Shown in pieces: positions 55,660-64,000 of a stretch of DNA of 64,000 nucleotides. Numbering within the stretch: position 1 is the stretch's first letter; each line of letters begins with the position of its first letter. Both the position numbers and the translations under genes were made by a program. The notes beneath the pieces are model-generated. The model worked only from the letters and a program-made list of their open reading frames with translations. It had not been told where the DNA came from and ran no database searches. Source of the DNA: Alphaproteobacteria bacterium (GTDB taxonomy: Bacteria; Pseudomonadota; Alphaproteobacteria; UBA6615); NCBI GenBank assembly GCA_022449545.1, contig JAKUPN010000005.1, forward strand, positions 3,897 through 67,896, given 5' to 3'.

Positions 55660-56388
55660 CTATTTCTTATCAGCAATATCGCCAAATCGACGTTCTCGAC
55701 TATTAAATTCTTTTATTGCTAAAGCAAGATTCATCTCATTAAAATCAGGCCACAGCACATCACAAAAAACAAGTTCTGTGTAGGCCATTTGCCAAAGTAA
55801 AAAATTGCTTATTCTCTGTTCTCCACTAGTTCTAATTAATAGATCAGGGTCTGGAATTTCAGATGTAAAAAGATAACTAGAGAATTTTTGTTGATCTACC
55901 TCATCAAGCAATAAATTTCCTCCATGGATGTCAACAGCCAATGACTTAGCAGCCTCTAAAATTTCTTGCCTACCCCCATAACTCAATGCTGCCGTAAGTT
56001 GTAGCCCATCATTAGTATTGGTTAACTCTTCAGTTTTATTAATAAGATCCACTATATCTCTAGAAAAGTTAGAACGATCTCCAATAACCCTGATGCGCAC
56101 ATTACTATCTAATAAGTGCGTAGTTTCATTCTTTAGAAAACGGCGTAATAGCCACATTAAGTCATCGATTTCTAGACTTGGTCTTTTCCAGTTTTCAGAA
56201 CTAAAACCAAATAATGTTAGATATTTAATACCTAATCTTTGAATTTCGATCACAGTTCTTTTTACTGCAGCGACACCAGCACGATGTCCATCGCTTCTAG
56301 GCAAACCTCTCGACTCTGCCCATCTTCCGTTACCATCCATAATAATAGCAATATGTTTTGGAAGAGATTGTTTGGACAACTTAACCAC
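55660..56388 (-). CDS. uppS: Undecaprenyl-diphosphate synthase
   Basis: HIAIIMDGNGRWA and SYGGRQEI, cis-prenyltransferase motifs. Confidence 0.9.
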   Translation of the reverse strand: MVKLSKQSLPKHIAIIMDGNGRWAESRGLPRSDGHRAGVAAVKRTVIEIQRLGIKYLTLFGFSSENWKRPSLEIDDLMWLLRRFLKNETTHLLDSNVRIRVIGDRSNFSRDIVDLINKTEELTNTNDGLQLTAALSYGGRQEILEAAKSLAVDIHGGNLLLDEVDQQKFSSYLFTSEIPDPDLLIRTSGEQRISNFLLWQMAYTELVFCDVLWPDFNEMNLALAIKEFNSRERRFGDIADKK

Positions 56389-56398
56389 CGTATTTTGA

Positions 56399-56953
56399 TT
56401 AAACCTGAAGAATCTCCTGCTCTTTTTCGGAAAGCATTTGATCGATCAAAGCAATATGTTCATCAGTGAGCTTTTGGATGTCCTCACCTAAAGTATGTTG
56501 CTCGTCTTTTGATATCTTGCCCTCTTTCTCGCTCTTTTTCAAAGAGTCCATACCATCCCGACGTACATTACGCACTGCCACACGTGCCTGCTCTCCAAAT
56601 TTAGCCGCCACCTTAGTAAGATCTATTCTTCTTTCTTCACTTAAATCAGGTATCGGTACCCTAATAAGGTTTCCTTCTGTTTGCGGATTTAGCCCGAGAT
56701 TAGATTCTTGTATTGCTTTTTCTACATCCTTTACCAAGCCGTTATCCCACACTTGAACAGTTAAGAGCCTTGGTTCAGGAACACTAATAGATCCGACTTG
56801 ATTCATCGGCATTTTCGAACCATATGCTTCAATCGATATGTTCTCAAGCAAAGCAGTCGACGCACGACCAGTACGTAAACCAGAAAATTCCTTGTTTAAA
56901 GATTCTATAGCACCATCCATGCGGCGCGCTAGATCATTTGGATCTGCTGACAT
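56399..56953 (-). CDS. frr: Ribosome recycling factor. The start is chosen at MSADPN; the track ORF extends to 56971, into pyrH.
   Basis: The length and the position in the conserved pyrH-frr pair fit. LRTGRAS is at the N-terminus and [16 protein letters not shown] is also present. Confidence 0.85.
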   Translation of the reverse strand: MSADPNDLARRMDGAIESLNKEFSGLRTGRASTALLENISIEAYGSKMPMNQVGSISVPEPRLLTVQVWDNGLVKDVEKAIQESNLGLNPQTEGNLIRVPIPDLSEERRIDLTKVAAKFGEQARVAVRNVRRDGMDSLKKSEKEGKISKDEQHTLGEDIQKLTDEHIALIDQMLSEKEQEILQV

Positions 56954-56957
56954 GCTA

Positions 56958-57680
56958 TTATCCTCCTTCAACTATTGTGTAACGACCCTCACCAGTTATG
57001 ACTTTATTGACTTCACCTTTATTAAGTATAGAAAAAACTATAATTGGAATATTATTTTCACGACATAGTGTAATCGCTGCAGCATCCATGACTTGTAAAT
57101 CTTGGCTCAAAACTTCAAAATGTGTTAGCCTACTATATCTTTTAGTATCAGGATTTTTATGCGGATCTGCACTATACACTCCATCCACTTTAGTTCCTTT
57201 CATCAAACAATCACATGACATTTCTGAGGCTCGTAGTGCGGCAGCTGTATCTGTTGTAAAGTATGGATTTCCTGTGCCGGCAGCAAATATTACTACACGG
57301 TCCCGTTCCATATGACGAATCGCACGTCGTCGTATATATGGTTCACATACAGTAGACATAGGTATTGCAGATTGTACTCGTGTGTCTAAGCCGATTTTTT
57401 CTAGAGCGTTTTGTAAAGCAAGAGCATTTATAACCGTCGCTAACATTCCCATAAAATCAGCATTAGTCCTATCCATACCGGCAGCTGCACCAGAAACACC
57501 TCTAAATATATTTCCTCCTCCAACCACCAAACATAACTGTACACCAGACTGACATACTTCATAGATATCTTGAGCTATACGACTCAACACCTTTGAATCA
57601 AGTCCAAACGTGTTATCACCCATTAACACCTCACCTGAGATTTTGAGCAAAACACGTTGATAATTAGATGGTATTGACAT
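56958..57680 (-). CDS. pyrH: UMP kinase
   Basis: [15 protein letters not shown] and GGGNIFRG. Confidence 0.9.
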   Translation of the reverse strand: MSIPSNYQRVLLKISGEVLMGDNTFGLDSKVLSRIAQDIYEVCQSGVQLCLVVGGGNIFRGVSGAAAGMDRTNADFMGMLATVINALALQNALEKIGLDTRVQSAIPMSTVCEPYIRRRAIRHMERDRVVIFAAGTGNPYFTTDTAAALRASEMSCDCLMKGTKVDGVYSADPHKNPDTKRYSRLTHFEVLSQDLQVMDAAAITLCRENNIPIIVFSILNKGEVNKVITGEGRYTIVEGG

Positions 57681-57777
57681 CCACTATGATCTCCAGGAAA
57701 CACAATATATAAATTTTAGAAACGTATTTTAGAGTTCTTAATTACAATTAAAAGTTTTTCAAATAAGAAATAACTAT

Positions 57778-58701
57778 TTATTCGGATAACCTTGCCACTT
57801 CCTCAGCAAAATCATCTTCCTTACCTTCTAAACCTTCACCCAAATTGTACCGAACATATCCTTTTATAACTATGTCAGATCCAATATCAACTGATACTTC
57901 TTTAATAGCTTCAGCAACTGTCTTTTCTGTATCCAATACATAAGATTGTTCCAGAAGGACACTTTCTTGATAAAATTTCTGGATGCGGCCTTCAACCATT
58001 TTCTGAATAATGTCATCATTCTTACCCGACTCCAGCGCTTGATCTAATAGAATTTTTCTTTCGCGCTCTACAGTTCTAGGATCTAATGATTCTATATCTA
58101 TAGCTTGAGGATCTGCTGAACAGATATGCATAGCCAAATTTCTTCCTAATTGGCTTAATTGATCTGGTGTTGCCTCTGATTCTAAAGCTACTAATACCCC
58201 GATCTTTCCAAGGCCATCGGAAACTTTATTATGGACATACTCAGAAACAAAACCTTTTTCTACTTGTAGTGCTGCTGCACGTCTCAAATTAATGTTTTCT
58301 CCAATTGTGGCGACCATCTGTGTCGCCTCTTCTTCAACAGTTCTGCTACTTGAAACATAATCAGATGTTTTCAAAGAATTAAAATCACCTCCCACATCCT
58401 GAGCAATGTTAGTGACATTTTTAACAAAAGTTTGAAATACATCATTTCTAGCTACAAAGTCTGTTTCTGAGTTAATTTCAACAATAGCGCCAGAAGTTTC
58501 AGTTGTTTTTACTCCAATTAGTCCCTCAGATGCAGCTCTTCCTGCTTTTTTTGCAGCTGCTGAAAGTCCTTTAGTCCTCAAAATATCTATTGCCGCGTCA
58601 AGATCCCCATCTGTCTCTACCAAGGCAGATTTACAATCCATCATCCCTGCACCAGACTTATCTCTTAATTCCTTTACCATTCTAGCCGTTATTTCAGCCA
58701 T
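57778..58701 (-). CDS. tsf: Elongation factor Ts
   Basis: The N-terminus is ITARMVKELRDKSGAGMMDCKSAL. Confidence 0.9.
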   Translation of the reverse strand: MAEITARMVKELRDKSGAGMMDCKSALVETDGDLDAAIDILRTKGLSAAAKKAGRAASEGLIGVKTTETSGAIVEINSETDFVARNDVFQTFVKNVTNIAQDVGGDFNSLKTSDYVSSSRTVEEEATQMVATIGENINLRRAAALQVEKGFVSEYVHNKVSDGLGKIGVLVALESEATPDQLSQLGRNLAMHICSADPQAIDIESLDPRTVERERKILLDQALESGKNDDIIQKMVEGRIQKFYQESVLLEQSYVLDTEKTVAEAIKEVSVDIGSDIVIKGYVRYNLGEGLEGKEDDFAEEVARLSE

Positions 58702-58779
58702 AATTACTTAATTCTCCGTAACAATTATTCAAAATATACTATTGTAAATAAAGAGAGTTCTATTCCATACCTGACAGTA

Positions 58780-59688
58780 TTAGTCCGGTACATTAGAGCT
58801 ATCTTCAACAGATGTGGAATTGTCTTCTGTCAATAGTGCTTCAGATTTGATTTCTTCCTCATTCAATGTGCTTACTTGCTCATTATTAGGCTCAACTTGT
58901 ACATCGCCTCCATTCGTATCCTCACTTTTAGTATCTTGCAAGGCTGTTTCTGGTACTAAAGTTTCAGACTCCCCAACATCAGCACCACTAGTTGTCATTT
59001 CTTGTTGTAGACCGTCAAGAACGGCACCAGAAAACAGATCGCAATATAATTGGATAGCTCTCATAGCGTCATCATTACCTGGAATAGGAAAATCAATATT
59101 CATTGGGTTCGAATTCGAATCGACAATAGCTGCAATTGGTATACCAAGTTTATGCGCTTCATTTATCGCTATTTCTTCTTTGTTAGTATCTATAATTACT
59201 AACATATCTGGCCGGCCACCCATTTCTTTGATACCCCCAAGAGCTAACTCAAGTTTGTCCCTTTGTCGTGTCAAGTTAAGTAATTCTTTTTTTGTTAGCC
59301 CTCTACTCTCATCTGAACTAAGTTGATTCTCCAGATCTCGCAATGTTCTTATAGAGTTAGAGATAGTCTTCCAGTTCGTTAACATCCCGCCAAGCCAACG
59401 ATGATTTACGTAATATTGACCACATTTTTTTGCAGATTCTGCGATAATTTCACCAGCAGCTCGTTTTGTACCAACAAATAAAACTCTGCCCCCATTAGCG
59501 GCAATATCTCGCGTCGTATTAAGAGCTGCGTATAACATTGGAACTGTTTGCTGAAGGTCAATAATGTGAACTTTATTTCTAACCCCGAAAATATACTGCT
59601 CCATTTTCGGATTCCACCGTCTAGTATTATGACCAAAATGAACGCCTGCTTCTAAGAGTTGCCTCATCGTAAATGTAGGAACCGCCAT
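58780..59688 (-). CDS. rpsB: 30S ribosomal protein S2, with an acidic C-terminal extension
   Basis: The N-terminus is [29 protein letters not shown]. Confidence 0.9.
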   Translation of the reverse strand: MAVPTFTMRQLLEAGVHFGHNTRRWNPKMEQYIFGVRNKVHIIDLQQTVPMLYAALNTTRDIAANGGRVLFVGTKRAAGEIIAESAKKCGQYYVNHRWLGGMLTNWKTISNSIRTLRDLENQLSSDESRGLTKKELLNLTRQRDKLELALGGIKEMGGRPDMLVIIDTNKEEIAINEAHKLGIPIAAIVDSNSNPMNIDFPIPGNDDAMRAIQLYCDLFSGAVLDGLQQEMTTSGADVGESETLVPETALQDTKSEDTNGGDVQVEPNNEQVSTLNEEEIKSEALLTEDNSTSVEDSSNVPD

Positions 59689-59919
59689 AAACGTATCTCC
59701 TTTTCCGGTTAAACTTCTGCAAGACGTGGCTTTAAAAGCACCGGAGCGAACATTATGATTTTTTACCCATACGTCCGCAATCTTGCATGTGAATTCTATT
59801 CGTTTTGAATCGAGTAGTTAATTTGGTGTAGCTGTATGGTGAGAAAATTGCAAGTACCTAAGGATTAATTATTTACTGAATTGTTATTAACTGGCACTAA
59901 GAAATAGGACAATATCAGC
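59689..59919 (-). promoter_or_regulatory. rpsB promoter and long untranslated leader (231 bp) with multiple dyad symmetries
   Basis: It is a non-coding gap upstream of rpsB. Complementary segments are TCCGGT (59703-59708) with ACCGGA (59739-59744), and TGCAAGACG (59717-59725) with CGTC...TTGCA (59771-59786). Confidence 0.4.
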
Positions 59920-60261
59920 TTAACTAGTTTTATACTCTATCTCCAAAGCGACCATATCAGTGTCACCAATATTTGTTACATTATGCTCAAAACCCTCACC
60001 CACTTCATAAAAAAATGATTTTCCTGCTTCTGATTTGATTTCACCTACCGACCCATCAGATCTTTCATATCGCAACTGGGCAGATTCAATATGATATCCT
60101 ACATAATTTGTATCATGGACATGCCAACCTGATTGTTCCCCAGGACGTATTCGATGAAAGGTGATTCTTGTGGTATCATTATCAAGTAATATTTCGTAAT
60201 GACTAAGTTGATCAGAAGCTATTTTTGATCTGTTTTTTTTATCCAAATGCTGAGACATCAA
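59920..60261 (-). CDS. Small cupin-domain protein (113 aa), paralog A
   Basis: RPGEQSGWHVHD...NIGDTDMVALEIEYKTS. The cupin His motif is present. Confidence 0.65.
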   Translation of the reverse strand: MMSQHLDKKNRSKIASDQLSHYEILLDNDTTRITFHRIRPGEQSGWHVHDTNYVGYHIESAQLRYERSDGSVGEIKSEAGKSFFYEVGEGFEHNVTNIGDTDMVALEIEYKTS

Positions 60262-60286
60262 TAAATCTCCTAATAATAATGTGCAC

Positions 60287-60619
60287 TTAACCAGTTTTAT
60301 ACTCTATCTCTAAAGCAATTATATCAACATCTCCCACATTGATTGCATTATGCTCAACAGGCGCCTTAACGGATAACGCCACACCAGGCGAATAGTCAAT
60401 GTCTAGTGATGTACCATCAACATAGTCTAGATGGAGCCGACCTTTTGATTGTTGCAAAGCTACGTAATCATATTCATGCCTGTGCCACCCTGTTTGCTCA
60501 CCTGGTTTTATTGTAAACAAAGTAATACAAGTTTTTTCATCATCTAAAAGAGTATTATAGGTGGCTATTGGCCTTGTTACAGGTCCGGAATCAATTTTAT
60601 CTTTAAGTTTAATTGACAT
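60287..60619 (-). CDS. Small cupin-domain protein, paralog B. The start is chosen at MSIKLKD; the track ORF extends to 60661.
   Basis: KPGEQTGWHRHE...NVGDVDIIALEIEYKTG. It shares about 75-80% nucleotide identity with paralog A over the 3' 70 nt and is more diverged upstream. Confidence 0.65.
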   Translation of the reverse strand: MSIKLKDKIDSGPVTRPIATYNTLLDDEKTCITLFTIKPGEQTGWHRHEYDYVALQQSKGRLHLDYVDGTSLDIDYSPGVALSVKAPVEHNAINVGDVDIIALEIEYKTG

Positions 60620-60684
60620 GTTTATCTCCCCACAAAAAGAGAATACATGATAATTAAACATATTAAAGTATATATTTAGCCTTA

Positions 60685-63600
60685 CTAAGCCTCTTGGACT
60701 TGAATTACACCAGGTATTTTTTTGATAGAATCATACATCTGCCTGTTATACAGATAAGCTCCATCAAGTCTTACCTCAACCTCCCTAGTTTCGGAGGGTA
60801 TAATCAAACTAATCCTTGCGTTACCCTGGCTTTCTTTTGAACTTTCTGTATGTTTCTCAACTAGAGATTTAAGATCTCCTAAAGGTTCATAATCATTTAT
60901 CCATATCTTTAATAAGACAGGGGCAGAAACTGTTGCATGTTCCAAGTCACTTATTGATTGAACAGTTAATCGCAATTGATCTTCATCCATCCTTGCTGCC
61001 ACCTTAAGTAAAATCGGCCTACCACCTACTTCTAATAGGTTCACATTCTCTGCCAATAACTCTGAAAAGACTGTAGTTTCAAATGTCCCGGAAGCATCGG
61101 ACAACTGAACAAAGGCGTATCTACTTCCTCGTTGCGAGGTTCGTTTTTGAACGTTTAAAACAACTCCTGAAAGTAAAGCACTCATGGCCCCTCCATTAGC
61201 CATAACCGTTTCTTTCAAATTGATATATTGAAGAACTCCCATGCGCTCGAGCAGCACTGTATATTCGTCTAAAGGATGAGCCGTTAGGTAAAAACCTATA
61301 GCCTCACGTTCTTTCTCTAAAACCTCTACTTGAGACCACTGTTCAACCCCATCAAAAGAAAGGTTTATCTTTGTTGTCTCAGCATCATTTTGTCCTAATA
61401 GATTAAACTGTCCACTTTCACGTTCAGCTGTTTTTGCTTGAGCTAAATTTAAAATTTTATCTATACCTACAAAGAGACTCGCACGATTATCTTCTAATGA
61501 ATTGAGCGCACCTGCCCCAACTAAGTTCTCTAGGAGACGTTTGTTTAGAGCCTGAGAGTTTAATCTGTTAGCTAAGTCAAAAATACTTTTAAACTCACCA
61601 TGTTCTATTCTTTCCTTAACAAGGGTTTCCATTGCTGAAGGACCAACGCCTTTTATTGCAGCCAGAGCATAGCGTATTGATCCGATGTATTTCTTTCCTT
61701 TAATTGTTGGTTTATCAATATGTTCTACTGAAAACTCAACTTCAGAGTAATTTATATCGGGCGATAGAAGCAATATAGATTGGTTTTCTAGTTCCTGTTT
61801 ATAAAGAGATAATTTGTCTGTGTTATTAATATCGAGCGTCATTGAGGCAGCAAAGAACTCTACTGGATAATTAGACTTTAGATAAGCTGTTTGATATGCA
61901 ATCAGAGCATAAGCAGCAGCATGAGCTTTATTAAAACCGTATCCTGCAAATTTAGCGATAGTATCAAAAATACGAATAGCAGTTCCTTCGTCAACTTTTC
62001 TCATTGTCGCACCGGATACGAATGCGTCCCTTTGTGCATCCATCTCTGATTTAATCTTCTTTCCCATCGCACGACGTAATAGATCAGCTGATCCAAGTGT
62101 AAACCCTGCTAAGTTCTGAGCCATCTGCATAACTTGTTCTTGATATATAGGAATGCCATAAGTTTCGCTTAGGCATTCCTCAAGGCTTTCATGTAAATAA
62201 TCAACTTTCTCTATACCGTGCTTACGACTTATATAACTTGGAATGTTATCCATAGGCCCAGGTCTATATAGTGCTACAACGGCTATTATATCTTCGAATC
62301 TATCTGGTTTAAGTTTTCTAAGCACATCACGCACACCAGTGGACTCGCATTGAAAAACTCCAGTTGTATCTCCTTGACCAAGCATCTCAAATGTTCGTAA
62401 ATCGTCAAGAGGAATACTTGCTAGGTCAATTTTAATATTTTTATTTAATAATAATGAAAGTGTTTTTTGAATTACATCTAGAGTTTTCAAACCCAGAAAA
62501 TCAAATTTAACCAACCCAGCCAATTCAACGTATTTCATTGAGAACTGTGTTGCTAATGTATCGGACCTAGGATCTCTATAAAGTGGAATACTTTGTTCTA
62601 ATGGCCGATCACCGATTACAACACCCGCCGCATGTGTAGAAGTATTTCTATACAACCCTTCTAATTTTAGGGCTAGATCAAGAAGGTGCCCTACATTCTC
62701 ATCACTTATTCTCAGATCCTTTAATTGAGGCTCTAAATTAATTGCTTGTTCAAGTGAAACAGGATTAGCCGGATTCGCGGGTATCATCTTTGCTATACGA
62801 TCAACCATGCCATAAGGCATTTCAAGAACCCGTCCAACATCACGAACCACAGCTCTTGCCTGTAATTTTCCAAAAGTGATTATTTGAGCTACACGATCAT
62901 GCCCATATCTCTCTTGAACATATCTAATTACTTCGTCTCTTCTTGCTTGACAAAAATCAATATCAAAATCAGGCATCGAGACCCGTTCCGGGTTAAGAAA
63001 ACGCTCAAAAAAAAGTCCCCATTTTAATGGATCTAAATCAGTAATAGTTAATGCCCAAGCAACTACAGATCCAGCACCAGATCCTCTACCCGGGCCCACT
63101 GCGATTCCATTTGACTTAGACCATTTAATAAAATCCGCAACAATAAGAAAATATCCTGAGTAACCCATACCTTCTATAACATCTAGCTCATACTGCAATC
63201 GTTTATAATATGGACCTTCAACTAACTCTTTTTCCTCATCGGTAATTTGCTTATCATGCACATGATACAAAAGTCTTTCTTTCAAACCTATATGGGCTTG
63301 TTCACGTAATAGGGTGTTTTCGTCATTTTCTGAGTTAGTTTTGAAAGGTGGTAACTTTGGTTCACTTGCAATTGGCATAAATGAACATCTCTGTGCAATA
63401 ACTATTGTATTTTTAATTGCTTCAGGTAAATCAGAAAAAACCTCTTTCATCTCTTCAGCTGATTTAAAATAGTGCTCAGATGTAACTCGTCGTCTTTCTG
63501 GCTGAGATATATATGCACTCTGCGAGATACATAATAAAGCGTCATGTGCCTCGTACATGTTCTTTTCAGTATAAAAAACTTCATTTGTAGCCACTAGTGG

Positions 63601-64000
63601 CAGGTTTAAAGAGTAGGCAAGCTCAATAAGCGACTTTTCGCTCTTAGATTCATTATCTAAATTATGTCTTTGAATCTCTATATATAATCTCTCTGGAAAT
63701 AATTCTATTAGGGTTTCCAGAGAACGATGTGCTAGTTCACTTTGTTTATTTTCTATTAAGCGTGCGATTTCTCCGTTGGCTCCACCAGTTAATGCTATTA
63801 ATCCTTCTGTATTACCCAAGAGATCATCATAGGAAAGCTTACCTCTTCGTAGAGCATCTTCCGTAGAATAAGATTTCGATACTAAATGCAAAAGATTTCG
63901 ATAGCCAGTTTGAGTTTGAACTAAAACAACCAACTCACTAACTGAATACAATTTTTCCTTGTCCTGTTGATACCCATACAAGCCATCATTATCTTCGAAT
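60685..64000 (-). CDS. dnaE: DNA polymerase III alpha subunit. The N-terminal end lies beyond the window.
   Basis: 1098 aa of open frame reach the window edge. The polymerase core, HhH and OB-fold regions are present; for example FDFLGLKTL lies within the polymerase core. Confidence 0.9.
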   Translation of the reverse strand, partial: FEDNDGLYGYQQDKEKLYSVSELVVLVQTQTGYRNLLHLVSKSYSTEDALRRGKLSYDDLLGNTEGLIALTGGANGEIARLIENKQSELAHRSLETLIELFPERLYIEIQRHNLDNESKSEKSLIELAYSLNLPLVATNEVFYTEKNMYEAHDALLCISQSAYISQPERRRVTSEHYFKSAEEMKEVFSDLPEAIKNTIVIAQRCSFMPIASEPKLPPFKTNSENDENTLLREQAHIGLKERLLYHVHDKQITDEEKELVEGPYYKRLQYELDVIEGMGYSGYFLIVADFIKWSKSNGIAVGPGRGSGAGSVVAWALTITDLDPLKWGLFFERFLNPERVSMPDFDIDFCQARRDEVIRYVQERYGHDRVAQIITFGKLQARAVVRDVGRVLEMPYGMVDRIAKMIPANPANPVSLEQAINLEPQLKDLRISDENVGHLLDLALKLEGLYRNTSTHAAGVVIGDRPLEQSIPLYRDPRSDTLATQFSMKYVELAGLVKFDFLGLKTLDVIQKTLSLLLNKNIKIDLASIPLDDLRTFEMLGQGDTTGVFQCESTGVRDVLRKLKPDRFEDIIAVVALYRPGPMDNIPSYISRKHGIEKVDYLHESLEECLSETYGIPIYQEQVMQMAQNLAGFTLGSADLLRRAMGKKIKSEMDAQRDAFVSGATMRKVDEGTAIRIFDTIAKFAGYGFNKAHAAAYALIAYQTAYLKSNYPVEFFAASMTLDINNTDKLSLYKQELENQSILLLSPDINYSEVEFSVEHIDKPTIKGKKYIGSIRYALAAIKGVGPSAMETLVKERIEHGEFKSIFDLANRLNSQALNKRLLENLVGAGALNSLEDNRASLFVGIDKILNLAQAKTAERESGQFNLLGQNDAETTKINLSFDGVEQWSQVEVLEKEREAIGFYLTAHPLDEYTVLLERMGVLQYINLKETVMANGGAMSALLSGVVLNVQKRTSQRGSRYAFVQLSDASGTFETTVFSELLAENVNLLEVGGRPILLKVAARMDEDQLRLTVQSISDLEHATVSAPVLLKIWINDYEPLGDLKSLVEKHTESSKESQGNARISLIIPSETREVEVRLDGAYLYNRQMYDSIKKIPGVIQVQEA

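Noticed and set aside
58814-59326. 170-aa plus-strand ORF antisense to rpsB
   Set aside because: It is embedded entirely within ribosomal protein S2 coding sequence and has a Ser/Leu-rich low-complexity translation.
59892-59897. TGGCAC hexamer resembling a sigma-54 -24 element
   Set aside because: There is no GC/TTGCA -12 element at the required 10-nt spacing downstream.

Overview
This 64-kb window looks like a core chromosomal segment of an AT-rich alphaproteobacterium (roughly mid-30s % GC by eye), read entirely by eye without any search or alignment. The gene order is canonical alphaproteobacterial synteny, and no gene or motif seen here is specific to a narrower lineage. The left part runs tmk(partial)-holB-metG-tatD-mazG on the plus strand. 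Next comes the minus-strand signalling block dusB-ntrB-ntrC-ntrY-ntrX-trkA-hfq-hflX. Divergent from dusB is the plus-strand ispDF-pgpA-cinA module. Then follow the minus-strand genes pdhA-pdhB-pdhC-lpdA-lipA, ftsB-like, eno, kdsA-pyrG, secG and tpiA. A plus-strand run ppiD-trpE-trpG-trpD-trpC-moaC-moeA-lexA-gltX-gltA comes next. It is followed by a long co-directional minus-strand supraoperon, rpsB-tsf-pyrH-frr-uppS-cdsA-dxr-rseP-bamA-skp-lpxD-fabZ-lpxA-lpxI-lpxB. The window ends in dnaE (partial). Coding density is high, with many 1-8 nt start/stop overlaps that indicate translational coupling. I found no rRNA, tRNA, CRISPR array, transposase, integrase, phage or recognisable defence gene, and the window does not look like an accessory island. 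The lineage-specific or unexplained items are as follows. A glyoxalase I plus cupin pair is appended to the 3' end of the lipid A operon between lpxB and gltA. Two tandem, diverged cupin paralogs sit between the rpsB leader and dnaE. A 99-aa ORF between mazG and an IMPase-family gene has no domain I recognise. Two tiny membrane-protein ORFs are present. A GAAC-N7-GAAC SOS box lies upstream of lexA. A 9-bp direct repeat lies in the dusB/ispDF divergent region. The 231-bp rpsB leader has multiple dyad symmetries. All coordinates for minus-strand genes are given low..high, with the start codon at the high end.
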